Below are positions 20,737-33,400 of a stretch of 64,000 bases of DNA, piece after piece (the first letter of the stretch is position 1; the number at the start of each line of letters is the position of its first letter). The DNA comes from Haplodiscus bocki (Eukaryota): NCBI GenBank assembly GCA_965655095.1, contig OZ296653.1, forward strand, positions 27,590,001 through 27,654,000, in the 5' to 3' direction. Under the pieces are notes generated by a model. It was given only the letters and a program-made list of their open reading frames with translations, was not told where the DNA came from and did not search any database. The position numbers and the translations under genes are program-made.

Positions 20737-23580
20737 CTAGACAATGTAAGTGTACTACTTTTAAACGCTCGAAGTCTCCTAAACTACGAACGTAGACTCA
20801 AACTCAGAAACGCCATTCATGTTCAAAAGTATAACATAATCTGTATCACTGAAAGCTGGCTCACTTCAGACATTAACTCGGCGGAGCTCCTCATGAGTGA
20901 CTTCACCATCTATCGGGCAGACAGACCCTCTACATCCGGCAAGCCCTCTGCTCATGGTGGTGTGCTCATCGTCATCAGGAACACTTACTATTCTGAAATC
21001 ACTTTTGCCAATCTCCCCGAATGTTGCCTTCAATGCACAAAAAGGATTTCAGGAGAAGACATTGTGATAAGGGTCTTCTACTCGCCCGCACATGGTAGCC
21101 CATACAGATACTCCATAGACGATTTCGTAAATCTGATCAGGGGAACCCCAAAAGGGAAACCAGTCATAATCTGTGGTGACATCAATTTCCCCGACACAAA
21201 CTGGGAAACTCGAACCAGCACCGACTCATTCGAACAAGCTGTGATTGACTTACTCGATGACCTAATGTATGATCAATCGATCAATTCTCCCACCTGTGGC
21301 TCGCGAACTCTTGATGTTGCCTTTTTCTCCAACTGCACCGTAACAGCTGCGGTAGACGAGAACTTCAATGAGATTTACAATTGCTCAGATCACCTTGCCA
21401 TCAGACTGACAATTGAGAGACTGACTTGTTCTGAAAAGATCTTCATAGAAAACTTCAGAAGCTTCGGGTCAGCCGACTTCAGCAGCCTGCGTGACCACCT
21501 CTGCCGGAACCCATTTTCCCCCACTTGTTTTTCCAACATCGACAACACGTGCCTCGAACTATACCAACATTTTGATCGAGCCATTGACATGCTCGTCCCA
21601 ACCCGGACGAGACATCGCCAGAATTTGCCCCCCTGGATAACCTCCGAATCTTCTCATCTGTTGAAGAAAATGCAAACCCAGAAATGGTTACTAGCAGCTA
21701 AACCTACCAGCTACAGGCGGAACAAAATAGTCGAACTAGAGAACCTAGTTTCCAAGTCATGTGAAGAAGACAGAGTTCATTACCAGGAGAAAATGTTCAA
21801 CACGCACGACACTGGTAGAATTTTCAAGCACTTAAAGTGTCTCAAAAAGACAGCCAGTCTTCCGTTATCAATGCAATTCAGAAGTGAAGGTACTCAAAGT
21901 GCCTTCAGAAGAGCGGAAATGTTCAACGAATACTTCCATTCAGTCTTCGCTCCAAAGGTGGACTACAACTTGAACAACATCCCAGTGAGCGATGTTTCCT
22001 TAACAAGTTTCAGCATTTCAAAAGCCAAATTACGGAGCATTATCTCTGATCTTGACGTCAGCAAAACGCGAGGCCCAAATGGCTATCCGCCTTCCTTCTT
22101 TGTTAATTCTGGCGAAGGTATGATTCATGCTCTTCATCTCTTGCTCAAAAACATAAAAAGATTGCGAAAGGTTCCCAAATGCTGGAAGCGCGCTGTTGTT
22201 TCGCCCATTCATAAGAAAGGCGAAAAATTCCTCGTGGAAAATTATAGACCAAAATCACTGCTAGACATTGACAGCAAAATTATAGAAAAATGCATGTATT
22301 CGCCACTCTACGAGCACTTTGTTACCTCCCCGAGCTCACGCCAACATGGTTTCGTTCGCCAGAAATCGACAATAACGAACATGCTCGCTTTCCTCCAAGC
22401 TGTCTACAAAGCCCTCGATAAGGATCAACACAGTGATGTCGTAGCTTTTTACACAGATTTCAGTAAGGCTTTCGACAAAGTATCCCATTACCTTCTGTTG
22501 TGCAAAGTAGCAAGTCTAGGCGTAAATGTTTGTTTGCTCGAACTTCTCCGTGACTATCTTTCCGACCGAAAGCAAATTGTGCGCGTTGACAACGTCAGCT
22601 CTCGGCCAAAGGACGTAACTAGCAGTGTCCCCCAAGGGTCCCTCTTGGGACCACTTCTGTTCTGTATTTTTATAAATGACCTCCCAGAAGCCCTAGCTTT
22701 CAGCGACTCATACTTTTTTGCAGATGACCTCAAAATTCTTTCCGTAAACCTAACAGAACTCCAAGTGCAAACCGACCTTCAATCACTTGAAATATGGGTA
22801 AATAAGAATCGAATGGCCCTAGCAACAGACAAATGTGCTAAACTGACATTCCGAGGGAAGGACACAATTTTAAAACTCTTCGGAGAACCCCTGAAAACCG
22901 AAGCCAACGTAAGAGATTTAGGCATTACGTTGACCAGCGATCTCAAGTGGAACATGCACATATCAAAAAAAGTAGCGAAAGCAAACGGTGTTCTCTACTT
23001 ACTAAGAAGAAATGTCTCTCAATCTGTAGGTGCTCGAATCAAACTCGGACTCTATAAATCCCTAGTCTTACCCATTCTTCTCTATGGTATCCAGTGCATT
23101 CACCTGTCAAAATGGTCAATGATCATTCTAGAAAAACTCCAGAAAAGAGCCGTTAAGTGGATATGCGGAACAGGAAAATATGGACAACAACTTCGCTTTC
23201 TGAACATTCTGCCGATGCCTATGCACATCCAAATTTTCAACCTGCTTACCTTCTCAAACTTTCGTACCAAGTTTTGTACCAGCAACCCCACAACTGTGAC
23301 TCTTTTACATAGTCAAACTGCGCCCTCAAGAAGCAAAGAAGTCTTCAAGCTTCCCAAAACTAGAACTGAAAAAACGAGGAACGAATTCGTGTTCAGAACT
23401 TCCCGTCTGGCAAACAGAGTAAATCAACACGCAAACTTCGAGGAACCTGTTGGACTGAAAAGATGTCTGACCAAGCTATTTTGGAGGGTAGAGGAAGCTA
23501 CCTACGACAAACTCAACTCCTGCACATGGCTGATTGCGTGCGACTACCAGAACTGCAGGGAAAAGTGGACAATTTTCTAA
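20737..23580 (+). CDS. LINE ORF2, AP endonuclease plus reverse transcriptase; frame open from the ORF1 stop
   Basis: Upstream of the ATG at 20893 the frame reads LDNVSVLLLNARSL...ICITESWL (APE motifs I/II). Then YRADR, GGV, GDINFP, SDH, NYRP, QHGF, DFSKAFD, VPQGSLLGP, FADD. Confidence 0.92.
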   Translation, partial: LDNVSVLLLNARSLLNYERRLKLRNAIHVQKYNIICITESWLTSDINSAELLMSDFTIYRADRPSTSGKPSAHGGVLIVIRNTYYSEITFANLPECCLQCTKRISGEDIVIRVFYSPAHGSPYRYSIDDFVNLIRGTPKGKPVIICGDINFPDTNWETRTSTDSFEQAVIDLLDDLMYDQSINSPTCGSRTLDVAFFSNCTVTAAVDENFNEIYNCSDHLAIRLTIERLTCSEKIFIENFRSFGSADFSSLRDHLCRNPFSPTCFSNIDNTCLELYQHFDRAIDMLVPTRTRHRQNLPPWITSESSHLLKKMQTQKWLLAAKPTSYRRNKIVELENLVSKSCEEDRVHYQEKMFNTHDTGRIFKHLKCLKKTASLPLSMQFRSEGTQSAFRRAEMFNEYFHSVFAPKVDYNLNNIPVSDVSLTSFSISKAKLRSIISDLDVSKTRGPNGYPPSFFVNSGEGMIHALHLLLKNIKRLRKVPKCWKRAVVSPIHKKGEKFLVENYRPKSLLDIDSKIIEKCMYSPLYEHFVTSPSSRQHGFVRQKSTITNMLAFLQAVYKALDKDQHSDVVAFYTDFSKAFDKVSHYLLLCKVASLGVNVCLLELLRDYLSDRKQIVRVDNVSSRPKDVTSSVPQGSLLGPLLFCIFINDLPEALAFSDSYFFADDLKILSVNLTELQVQTDLQSLEIWVNKNRMALATDKCAKLTFRGKDTILKLFGEPLKTEANVRDLGITLTSDLKWNMHISKKVAKANGVLYLLRRNVSQSVGARIKLGLYKSLVLPILLYGIQCIHLSKWSMIILEKLQKRAVKWICGTGKYGQQLRFLNILPMPMHIQIFNLLTFSNFRTKFCTSNPTTVTLLHSQTAPSRSKEVFKLPKTRTEKTRNEFVFRTSRLANRVNQHANFEEPVGLKRCLTKLFWRVEEATYDKLNSCTWLIACDYQNCREKWTIF

Positions 23581-23624
23581 ACTCAACTCGGGATCAAACT
23601 CCCCTCAGTTTACTGTAAAGCCTC

Positions 23625-23656
<32 letters not shown>

Positions 23657-23845
23657 CCAACCCGTGTAAAGCAAGCAATCGAATTGGGCCTGCGAATTTT
23701 TAAAAGCAAATAAAATCAAATAGAGGGTGATTCATCAACGTTCTCCACAAATCCATACGTGACTCAGATGCGAAGATTGTGTTGCCAAAAGTTCTGATAT
23801 TTTGACAGAAAGTAATGAATTGATAAAATTGAGTGAAACTGAGAA

Positions 23846-24860
23846 CTTGTTGTTGTTGGGAAATCGCAGCTTTAGCTGCAGGGCTCAGTGCCCCAGTCGT
23901 CATTTTAAAATGATATCCACTTGTTGCGGCACGTGGGGCAGTCGTATGAGAGCTGCCAAGTGCACACGTTTGATTCTGAGTATTTTTCATCAACAAATTT
24001 CCACATTAATTTTAGAAGTCTGTTCTTCAGTCCTTGCGGGTTCATAAAGTCGATATAGTCGTCCAATCGATTGACGAGTCTGCAATTTCTGAAGATGAAC
24101 TCGCTTCTCCCCTTCTCTGTTCGTGTCTTCCGAAGTTTTCACTTCTTCCTCTTTTTTCGGTTCTCTGGGGTAGGCTGATGCTGGTTCCCATTTCTTCGTT
24201 TGTGATTTTCGATAAAAGCAGCACATCGTTCAACTGTAGAAACATTGGTAGCGGCAGGATGTTCAGGATTTTCAGTTGGCTTCGATAACTCATTGTTTTA
24301 TTCCCGGTTATCCATCTCACTACCTTCATCTGGAATTTTTCTAGTAAGTGGAGATCTGGTCTTGATGCAAAGACACATGCGAAACCGTACAACAGCACTG
24401 GCAGGATGAGAGACTTGTACAGTCCTAGTTTTACAAGTGTCTGTACTTTCACTGCAACATTTCTGCGTAGAAGGTATAGCACTTTATTGGCTTTCCTCAA
24501 TCGCTCTTCGATGTGCATTTTCCAGGTTAAATTATCCGAGACTTGGATGCCGAGATTTTTCACAGTCTTCGAGTTATCTAGTTTTTGATCCAAGATGTTG
24601 AAACTTCGGTCACTGCCTGTAAAGGTGATTTTCGTACACTTGTCCATGGCAAACTCCATTCTGTTCTTTTTGACCCATTCTTCAACCCTATCCAGATCAT
24701 CCTGTACTTCCCAGTATGATTTCTCAATTGAGAGTACTTTCAAGTCATCCGCAAAGATGAATGGTTCAGAAAAAGTTAGAACTTCAGGTAGATTGTTTAT
24801 AATTATGCAGAACAGCAAAGGGCCAAGGAGCGAAACTTGGGGTACTCCGCTAGTAACTAG
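23846..24860 (-). mobile_element. 5'-truncated CR1-group LINE (RT C-terminal half), tail-to-tail with the preceding LINE
   Basis: SGVPQVSLLGPLLF, FADDLK, ILPVLLYG. Frameshifted C-terminus CTWQLSYDCPTCRNKW. (CAA)n tail at about 23847-23858. Confidence 0.9.
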
Positions 24861-25949
24861 AACCTACTGGTACTAAATGGAATGAACCCTATTTCTTGCA
24901 TCATAAGATTTAATTCCTATTTATTAGATAGTAAGTTTGAATTCATTCCGGTACTTTGTAAAATGAGCCCATTGCGGGGTTCAAATGTTGAAGCACATGA
25001 ATCACGAAACGCTCAACGAATTTAAAAAATTTATGTGTGTGTGATGCAAAAACTGCCCAAGTTCACCTATGGGAGTGCTCGTGCACCTTTGCCATCCGAT
25101 CCCAGTAAACCAATTTTTTCAAGCCAGTACTTTGACTTGAAGGACATTCCCAAGATTTCTTTTTGATTCTGCGTTACAATAAAGATTTCCTACAAGTATT
25201 AAACCACCTAGAAAAAGCAATTTGTCAAGTGAGACCATGCTGTCTCAACTCCAGCCCGTAGTAACGGTGAAAAAACAGTTCAAAAGTCGAGCGAGTAAAA
25301 ATTCTTCACTTCCTCGCAATTTCCGCCTGCGAGGAATTTGCAGAGGTTAATGTTTTCCAATATTGCTCCACAAAATCGAATGTAGTGTGCATATTTTGAT
25401 TTGAGATCACGGAGTTTTCTCTGAACCAAAAGTCTCGAATTTGGTTAAAATTTCGAAAACGTTCTTTTTAAAAAGGAAATCAACATTTTTCCAAAGGCAT
25501 TAAAATTGGTTATTATTTCAATTGTCCAAAAGCATACAAAGACGCTTTATACCTCCAGTATTTTAGACCTTAACTTCATTGCAGAAAAAAACTCTTTAGA
25601 GCAGTCTTAAAAACACACACACGATTTATGCCGTAGGTGTTTAAACCTATACTATTCACAAGATAATTCACAAACGTTTTTGGCCTCAAAGTTCTCAAGC
25701 TACTTGTTGTGATAAACTTCTTGAATAGTTTGAGATTCGATGGTTGCTGGGAACTGCCGAAGAAGGTCTAGCCGGGATGACTGTCAGAAGTGTGGAAAGA
25801 AGACTGGAGAAAAAGACTACGTCTAATGTGAACAATGCGAATCGTGGTTTCATCTATCCTGTACCTCACACTACAGGGAAGTCTATCCATTTCTATCGGA
25901 TTCTGAAAACCTTTCCTTCAATTGTGACAACTGACTGAAAAGTGACCGG

Positions 25950-28752
25950 AGAGCTGCAACACTAGAAGGAGTTAAAGAAAATCTAATATCAGTCATATCG
26001 GACACCCTTACCCAGTAGCTATCAAAAATTCCTCAAGCCGGCCAGTACAAAAAAGGCATTCGCCTCCAATACTGAAACTCAAAAACCAACCTTCGATAAA
26101 AAAGAGATTAATGGATTTCGTATACGCGGGCTACCTGAACAAACGGGCACAGACGCGGGGAAACTTGAGGCGGACAAGTCTGCAATTGAAGATGTTCAGA
26201 CACACATTGGCAAGCCAGCACGCATCCTGGATGTTAAAACGGTCGAAAAACCGAATGACAAAGGTTCGAGACCACTGATATTTGATGTGGATAGTGTTTG
26301 GCACAAGAGAATACTGCTACCGCTCGTGAAAATGAAGTCGTACTCGCGAAACCTTTTCATCTCACGAGAACCGAATGCTTTCGAGCGTAAAACAAAAAAC
26401 GAATCGCTGAAGAAACGCCGAGAACTGCTACTGAAACACTACCCCAAAAATGATCTCCGAATGCGCAACTTTGAGCTATACAAGAAGGAAGACGGGCAAT
26501 AGGTTGAAGCATGACTGGCACCGATATTGTTCCCAAGAACTATGTTCACAAACGCGCTTTGGCTAAAGAAAACTGGAGCCCTCGTTGAGCTACATGCTGA
26601 CCTGATTGGGTGTGAAATTGATGTGTGCCAAGTATCTGAAACTTGGTTCAATGTGCAAACCAGATCAGACAGCATTGAAATCCCAAATTAAACCCGTCCG
26701 CGTGTGGACCGTAATTCTACCAATTCCGCAAAAATCATTGGCGGTGGCGTAGCCTGCTACCCGAAGAAGAAAACGGACGTCAGTAATTAAATGTAGTCGG
26801 ATCTGAGGGCTTTGAGCTGATGTGGCTCTTGAGCACAGCACTGAAGCCTTACCTAGTAGTAGTGTACTACCCGCCAGATGCAATGAACGGAAAATTGATG
26901 TTGAGTCATCTGAGAAAAAGTAGCAAGAAACTAGCGGTAGAAACCCCCGGGTACAACTTTGTGTTCGGCGGAGATTTCAACCACCTCGAAGCTAGCGAGG
27001 TAACAAAAAATACTCACTGCACTTGGATTAAAACTTCAGGCACTACAATTAAGAAATGTCTGAACAAAGTCTTTGTCCCAAATACAGATTTAATTGATCA
27101 AGGTGAAACCATTAAGACGTCGTTCATCACAGATCATCTCGCCATCATACTGCAGCCCACGAAACCACTAAAAGCGGAGCGACGGAAAATAAAGGTCAGG
27201 GTTTATCGCATTCAGAAGCGACAGCGGATGAACTTAGCGCTAGACAAACATGTTTTTGACACTTCGTGCTCGGTAACGGACCCCACGGCACCAATAGAAA
27301 TGCTAATGACAGCTATCACTGAAAAACTGGACGAGCACTGTCCACTTCGATCAGTAAAATTGTCATCAAAAGACCCACTTTATATGAGCCTACTGCTAAA
27401 GCTTCTACTCCAGAAGAAACACAAACAAAAATCTGCCAGGGGAAAAGAGTAGTCGAAGGAAACTGAGAGAAGAATCCAGGGCACGTTTATCGCGAGCATT
27501 AATAGCTCGAAAAACAAACCTGTATCTGCTTCGTGGTGGAAGACAACCAATTACATTCTCGGGAGGGGGAAAATGCTCAACAGCGCTGGACTTTGACGTG
27601 GAAGAGCTGAATCAATAATTCGCAGATGTTTGCAGGGACGAGGATCATCAGCCTCCGAGAAAGAGAGAAACTCGAAGAACGCCACCCCTGGAGGTCTCAC
27701 CGCATCTTCTATATGGAGTACTACGCAAAACGAGAGACACTGCACCTGGAGAAGATGGAATACCCGCCTGGGTTTTGAGGGAGAATGCACATATCTTTAC
27801 AGTCCCAATCAAGCACATCATTGATCACTGTCTCGCACAAGGGAAATTTCCCGCCTGTCCGAAGATATCCAAAGTCATTCCTTTACCTAAAGTTGCAACG
27901 CCCCGAAGTCCGAATGATTTAAGGCCCATTGGAATAACCCCAATTATGTCCAGGATAGGGGAAAGAATTTTGATGAAAAGCTTCAATGCCACAAACTACG
28001 AGGAGAAAATTGAAACGAGCCAACATGGATTCCGTTAGGAGGATCTACGGAGAATGCCCTTATACGAGTGCAGATTGACTGTCGCCACTTTCAATCAGTG
28101 GGATTTGACTATGTTCGGATCATCTTCTTGGACTTTTGAAAGGCATTCGATAAAGTGAAAAACAATCTCTTGGTTGAGAAGCTTTATGGCTGTCAACTTC
28201 ACTACCGAGTCATAAACTCATTCACTGTTTTTCTCACTGATCGAAAGCAAAGCGTCACTATGAACAATTTAGTGTCAAAATGCTTTCGTTCGACCTAAGA
28301 GTGATTCGGGGTACAGAGAGTGGTCCACGAATTTTCACTTACTACATCAACGATCTCTTCACAGATGCGGGAAACACAAGGGATTTTAGTTTCGCTGTTA
28401 ACACGATCATTGCTACTGCTGAATACCTCAACACTGGATACGAAATCTATCAAAGCTTGTGTTCGGTGGATGAATGATGCCAAATATACAAATTGAGTCT
28501 CAACACAGGCAAATGTCGAGAGATTCTTGTTCAATTTAGGAAAAGACACGTAGAGTTCCTGACGAATATTCCACGCCGCCACTCATTGAAACTCCTGGTA
28601 GTCCATAATGACATAAACTTCGGGTCTGAAAGCCACATTGAGAAATTATCATTGAAATGCAGACAATCAACTTTCCAGATTAACAGGCTCCGAAAACATG
28701 CATATATCATCAAGGAAATGCGACATATCTTCAACGCCCTCGTTTTGCCTCA
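25950..28752 (+). mobile_element. Degenerate L2/CR1-group LINE (ORF1 remnant, APE, RT), cut by assembly gap
   Basis: FRIRGLPE, RPLIF, LRMRNFELY (ORF1). VSETW, GGGVA, GDFN, TDH (APE). NDLRPIGITP, QHGF, DF*KAFD (RT). Many stops and frameshifts. Confidence 0.85.
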
Positions 28753-29099
28753 NNNNNNNNNNNNNNNNNNNNNNNNNNNNNNNNNNNNNNNNNNNNNNNN
28801 NNNNNNNNNNNNNNNNNNNNNNNNNNNNNNNNNNNNNNNNNNNNNNNNNNNNNNNNNNNNNNNNNNNNNNNNNNNNNNNNNNNNNNNNNNNNNNNNNNNN
28901 NNNNNNNNNNNNNNNNNNNNNNNNNNNNNNNNNNNNNNNNNNNNNNNNNNNNAATTGTACAAGTTGTGGTTTGATAGAAAAAGGGTTTTTTGAAAAAGAG
29001 CAGAGGTTAACAAACTAACGCTTTGCAACAACGAATGAATACCTTTGCCCACAATGTAAAATAATACGAATATATCTGATGAAAAATTTCATTTAGGTT

Positions 29100-32000
29100 C
29101 TGAACAACAAACAGGTAGGAAAAAAATCGTATAGCGACGCATTTTATAAAGTTTATGAATAACAACTCAAAATCTTCCCATTTTGTATCTACAGTACATT
29201 TGATGAAAAATACCACATTCAACATACCTAGTGACATACTACTAAAGTTAATAAAAATGATGACCCGAGTGTGTATCAGTTAAAAACAATATTGCAAAGA
29301 AGCATTGGGAAAGTGATACAACGTTCCCATAGAATTGAATTTCTATAAGAACTTTCACTAAGTTTTGTCAAAGACAAAGTAGCTTTATTTAATATTACAA
29401 AAAAAATTTCAAGTGCTTTACGAACCAATAGATTAGCAAAATGCAAAAGGATGTGGTAATCAAGAATCAGGAAAATGAGCAGGGAAGAAGTCGTCCTAGT
29501 TTTGACGGTATTGACTACAGAATTTTTGACTGCTTCTTTTTTTGACGTGTTGATACACAAAAGTCCAGTCACTGCACACTACCAATACCATTTTATAACA
29601 CAAAATCCGTCCTTAGTTTCCAGATTATAGCTGATAACTTATGTATCGTCTGGTGTATATGAGCACATTTGTTTGAAGTAGACACCGATTGTTATCAACT
29701 TTTGATGTAAAGTTCATTGAATTTAAATGGAGAAAAGTGCAAGTCCTATTACAGTAAAACTCTTGCTGAAACCTCAGCCACCAAACAAACTAAACACAAA
29801 TGTTTTCGAACTAAAATCTTTTATTGACTTCCTACCATTATACGTTTGAAAAAAACTTTTATGACTACCAACTACACCTAGTATTTTTTGAAAGTCTTTG
29901 TTGTCTGATAACTATATTGCAAAAACATTTCCGGACAAAATTCGATGGCAAGTCTTTGTAGAAATTTCTTCAACACTTCTAGTTTCTGAACTTACCTTCA
30001 GAAACAACCGGAAGGTGTATTGTGCGAAAGATTTCCATTGCTACTTAAACGGACAAGGAATAAAAAGTTGGTGATTGAAACGTAAAAGTAGGTTTACCAT
30101 TATAGATAGATGTTGGTTGTGATCGAATATACACACCAATAAACGATCCCAGTCAAAGAACTTTGTTTGTACGCTAACAGATTGCAGTAGCTGACAATGT
30201 AGTCAAAAGACAGTATTGTCAAGGTAACTTGTTTCAACAGAATCATGGTTTTAATGACTTTTTGGAAAAGAATGCATTGAATGGTTCGTCAGTGATATAT
30301 TGGGAATAGAAACGCACGAGTTTTTGAAAAAGTTTCCCATTGATCTATAGTGAAAAATTCCCATTTGACGAAAACAATTAATGGTTAGGTGAAGAAAACT
30401 TCTCTGAAAAAGATAAAAACTTGAGAGATCTTTGATTTTCAACAGGAATATTTAGAAGTATGGCGCTTGATGCATGTAATTTAAAAACACAATGAAAGCT
30501 GCACTTGTACCAATTTTTTTCCAAACATTTTCCGGGTTAGATTGTCATCTACTTTTTGGAAACCTAATTGATACAGCTATTGGAATAAAGCACAGAAAGA
30601 AAAGGAGAAGACTAGTTTGAAACTGTATTCAGAAAACTACTCTGTTACGCAATGTTGGTTACTAACGCCGTGTTTTTTCTGAAGATTTTTGGACGCCAGT
30701 TTACTAAACTTTGCACAACAATATCTTCTTTCACCTCTTTAGAAGAGTTGGAATGAAAGATGATATAAAGGAAAAAGATTCAAGTTGCTCACAAAAAGTA
30801 TCCTTTATTGAATCAGACTTCAGGCCGTCAAACCTAGAAATGGAAATCTCCCAGTAAGCACTAATACAGACTTTTCGAAAAACAAGGAATTATGAAGACA
30901 AATAAACTTGTGAAAAATAAACAATAACACCAACTGATTAGAATGAAGAATGTTATATCTAGAAAACATTGCTTTACTAAGCACAGATGCAAAAACATAA
31001 TTTTGAGAGAAAAGTGAATCTGCTGATGACATAGGTCTGATAGATCACTGATAGTACCCCTGAACTCAACTTGAAAGCTAGCTAAGGGAGACGCTTTTGA
31101 AATTCTTCCGAATAACCGAGGACAAACCCAGATTTTTACATGAGATTTTTTTGAGAAGTGACCCTACATCTCTATTGATACACTGTTTCGTAAAGCGATG
31201 TTCTTCGATGTAAATCAAAACTGAGACACTTTTGCTTTTTATGGAAACACTGTATCGCGATAATTACCAACTGGAAGACTCTGAACTTGGTTGTACGAAC
31301 AAAACCGAAATGCTAAAAATATAGAAACACTAAAAATGATTTGAATGTTGGGTTTTATTAGAAAATCGTTTCTGTGTTTCACCAAAACTACTCAAGCGAA
31401 CAATGATTTTCCCAATCTGCCTTGAAATAAAACAATAAAAGTAAAGGTTTTTTTGACTAAATGAGAGAAAATAAATCATAACTTTATAACCCTGCCAAAA
31501 AACTGAGTCATGACATAAAAGACAGGGAAATTTGTTTTATACACCAAAAACAGTGAAGAGTAATTTTCAGGCAAGGACGTGAAGTTTCAGCATTACAAAC
31601 TGCCTAATAATTTGGTCAACAACCATGATTAGAAAATTGTATCCATTCTATGTCAGAGCAAGAAACCGAAGCAAACAATGATTTTGATAAATAATTTTAC
31701 AAAATATTGATCGAAGTTTTCTTTGGGGAAACGCTAGAAAGATTTAGCCAACGAAAGATGCTTGATCTTATATATGGACCAGATAGAGTGAAGATTACAT
31801 ATTGACAATGAAAAAAAAATCTTGGATGAAATTCGAGTAGATGTCAATCCTCACCCTGTAGTAATAAACAAAGAATGAATCGCTTGTAATAAGCCCTTTA
31901 TTCTTATGGTTCGATGTTTGAGATTTACGAAAACCAATAAACGAGGGTTGATTTTATGATAAATTACGTTTTTTGCTTCCTAATTTTTGCAGAAGCTAAT

Positions 32001-32460
32001 ACAGATTTATATAATTGGAGACAGATTCTTTCACATTTTGATTCACCTCAAATGAAAGCTTTACTGGTGATTTAAAACACTTCAGTGACGGTTTACACTC
32101 GAGCGAGTTGTATTTATCACATGGAGCAAATTCAAACGATGAGGCGAAGGTTGTAGGAAAAACAAAGCAACATCAACACCTGAGATAGAATTCGATAGAG
32201 AAGTGCTTTTGAGGAGTAAATTTCAAATTGATAAGAAACAATCTGGTGTACTTGAAGGAAAACAACAACAATTACAACTTCATAAACAATAGGCTTAAGA
32301 GAATTGAAAAAACACGTTTAAAAAGAGAAATTCTGTATGCTAAAATTATTTGTTTGCGAACTGAAATTTATCATAATTAAAAGGTTGAACAACTATCAAG
32401 AGCTTTCAATACATTGGACAATTAAAGAGGGTATTCAAAAATTTATGAAAGTATACTACA
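29100..32460 (+). pseudogene. Protein-primed DNA polymerase B remnant
   Basis: Fragments: DNLCIVWCI*AHL (~29630); LVPIFFQTFSGLDCHLLF, ExoII HNxxxYD-like (~30510-30560); EANNDFDK*FYKILIEVFFGETLE, motif B KxxxNxxYGKT-like (~31668-31740). Confidence 0.7.
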
Positions 32461-32739
32461 GTCGCGCTGTAAAAACAAATATTTTAATAATTTGGGTTTC
32501 TTTAACAAGGAACAAAAATTCGGACTGCTAGTGAATCGAACTTTCACGGACTGAAATTTCATAAAGTGGACTTTCACGAACAAAAAGTAGCTTTCCGGAC
32601 CATCGCGGTTCTTAAAATTATTTTGACTCGCAGATAGATCTTACGTTCGTTCACTTGGTCGAAACGAAACTATATGAAGAAAAGTTTGGTCGATGCATCG
32701 CCGATTCGCTTAATAGACGTCTTATAAATAATATCCGGA

Positions 32740-33400
32740 AGACCAAAAAAGCAACAATTTTTCGTGAATGAGAGTTTTTCAAACCTTTCATAAAAGAATT
32801 ATGTTAGCAACAAAACCTTCGTTTATCTTAATGATAAAATTTGGAGTATGGATTTTCAAGACCTAATGGACTATGGTCCGAAAGACAAAAAAGGTTAAGG
32901 ATTTACTTTGATTGTGATTGGTAATTTTTTTAATAACGGATAGATAGCTGTGATAGAAAATAGCTACGCGAAAACAATGAGAGTGGGTCAATTATCTTCC
33001 ATATCCTCAAAAAACAAACAAAACCTAACTGAGCCCTCTATTGAAAGAACGTCTGTAGTTAAAAGTTTTGATAAATTCTTAGTATATACATCTTAGAACA
33101 AAATATATATACATCCTCTATTACTCCAAAGTGCTGTCTTCCAAGACGGTTTTATTAAGTTTGTCAGAAAACTCCTCAAAAAATGTGTTTTTGAAAGAAA
33201 GGTAGCTAGATAGATGAAATAAACTGAATAACTGAAAAAGACAGCAACACAACTAAGTAAACACTATTACAAGTAACTTAGAAAAACAATGAAGAATGCG
33301 TTCATGAAAAATCAAATGATTAATAAAACAAAATGGAACCAATTTAAATTCAGAAATTTAGGTCAGGACTGCAGAGACAAAACATGTCATAGAATTGTTT
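32740..33400 (+). pseudogene. Retroviral-type (rve) integrase remnant
   Basis: KNYVSNKTFVYLNDKIWSMDFQDLMDYGPKDKKG*GFTLIVIGNF matches the Polinton integrase pattern WxxDxxDxxxY...GYRYVLxxIDxF. Later AVFQDGFIKFVRKLLKK, similar to AVFAERFNRTIRDLLK. Confidence 0.75.

Larger units (their letters stand above)
19600..23657 (+). mobile_element. Near full-length CR1/L2-group LINE with (AAC)n tail
   Basis: PHD-type ORF1, APE+RT ORF2, short 3' UTR and (AAC)n tail at about 23624-23657. The 5' boundary is approximate. Confidence 0.9.
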
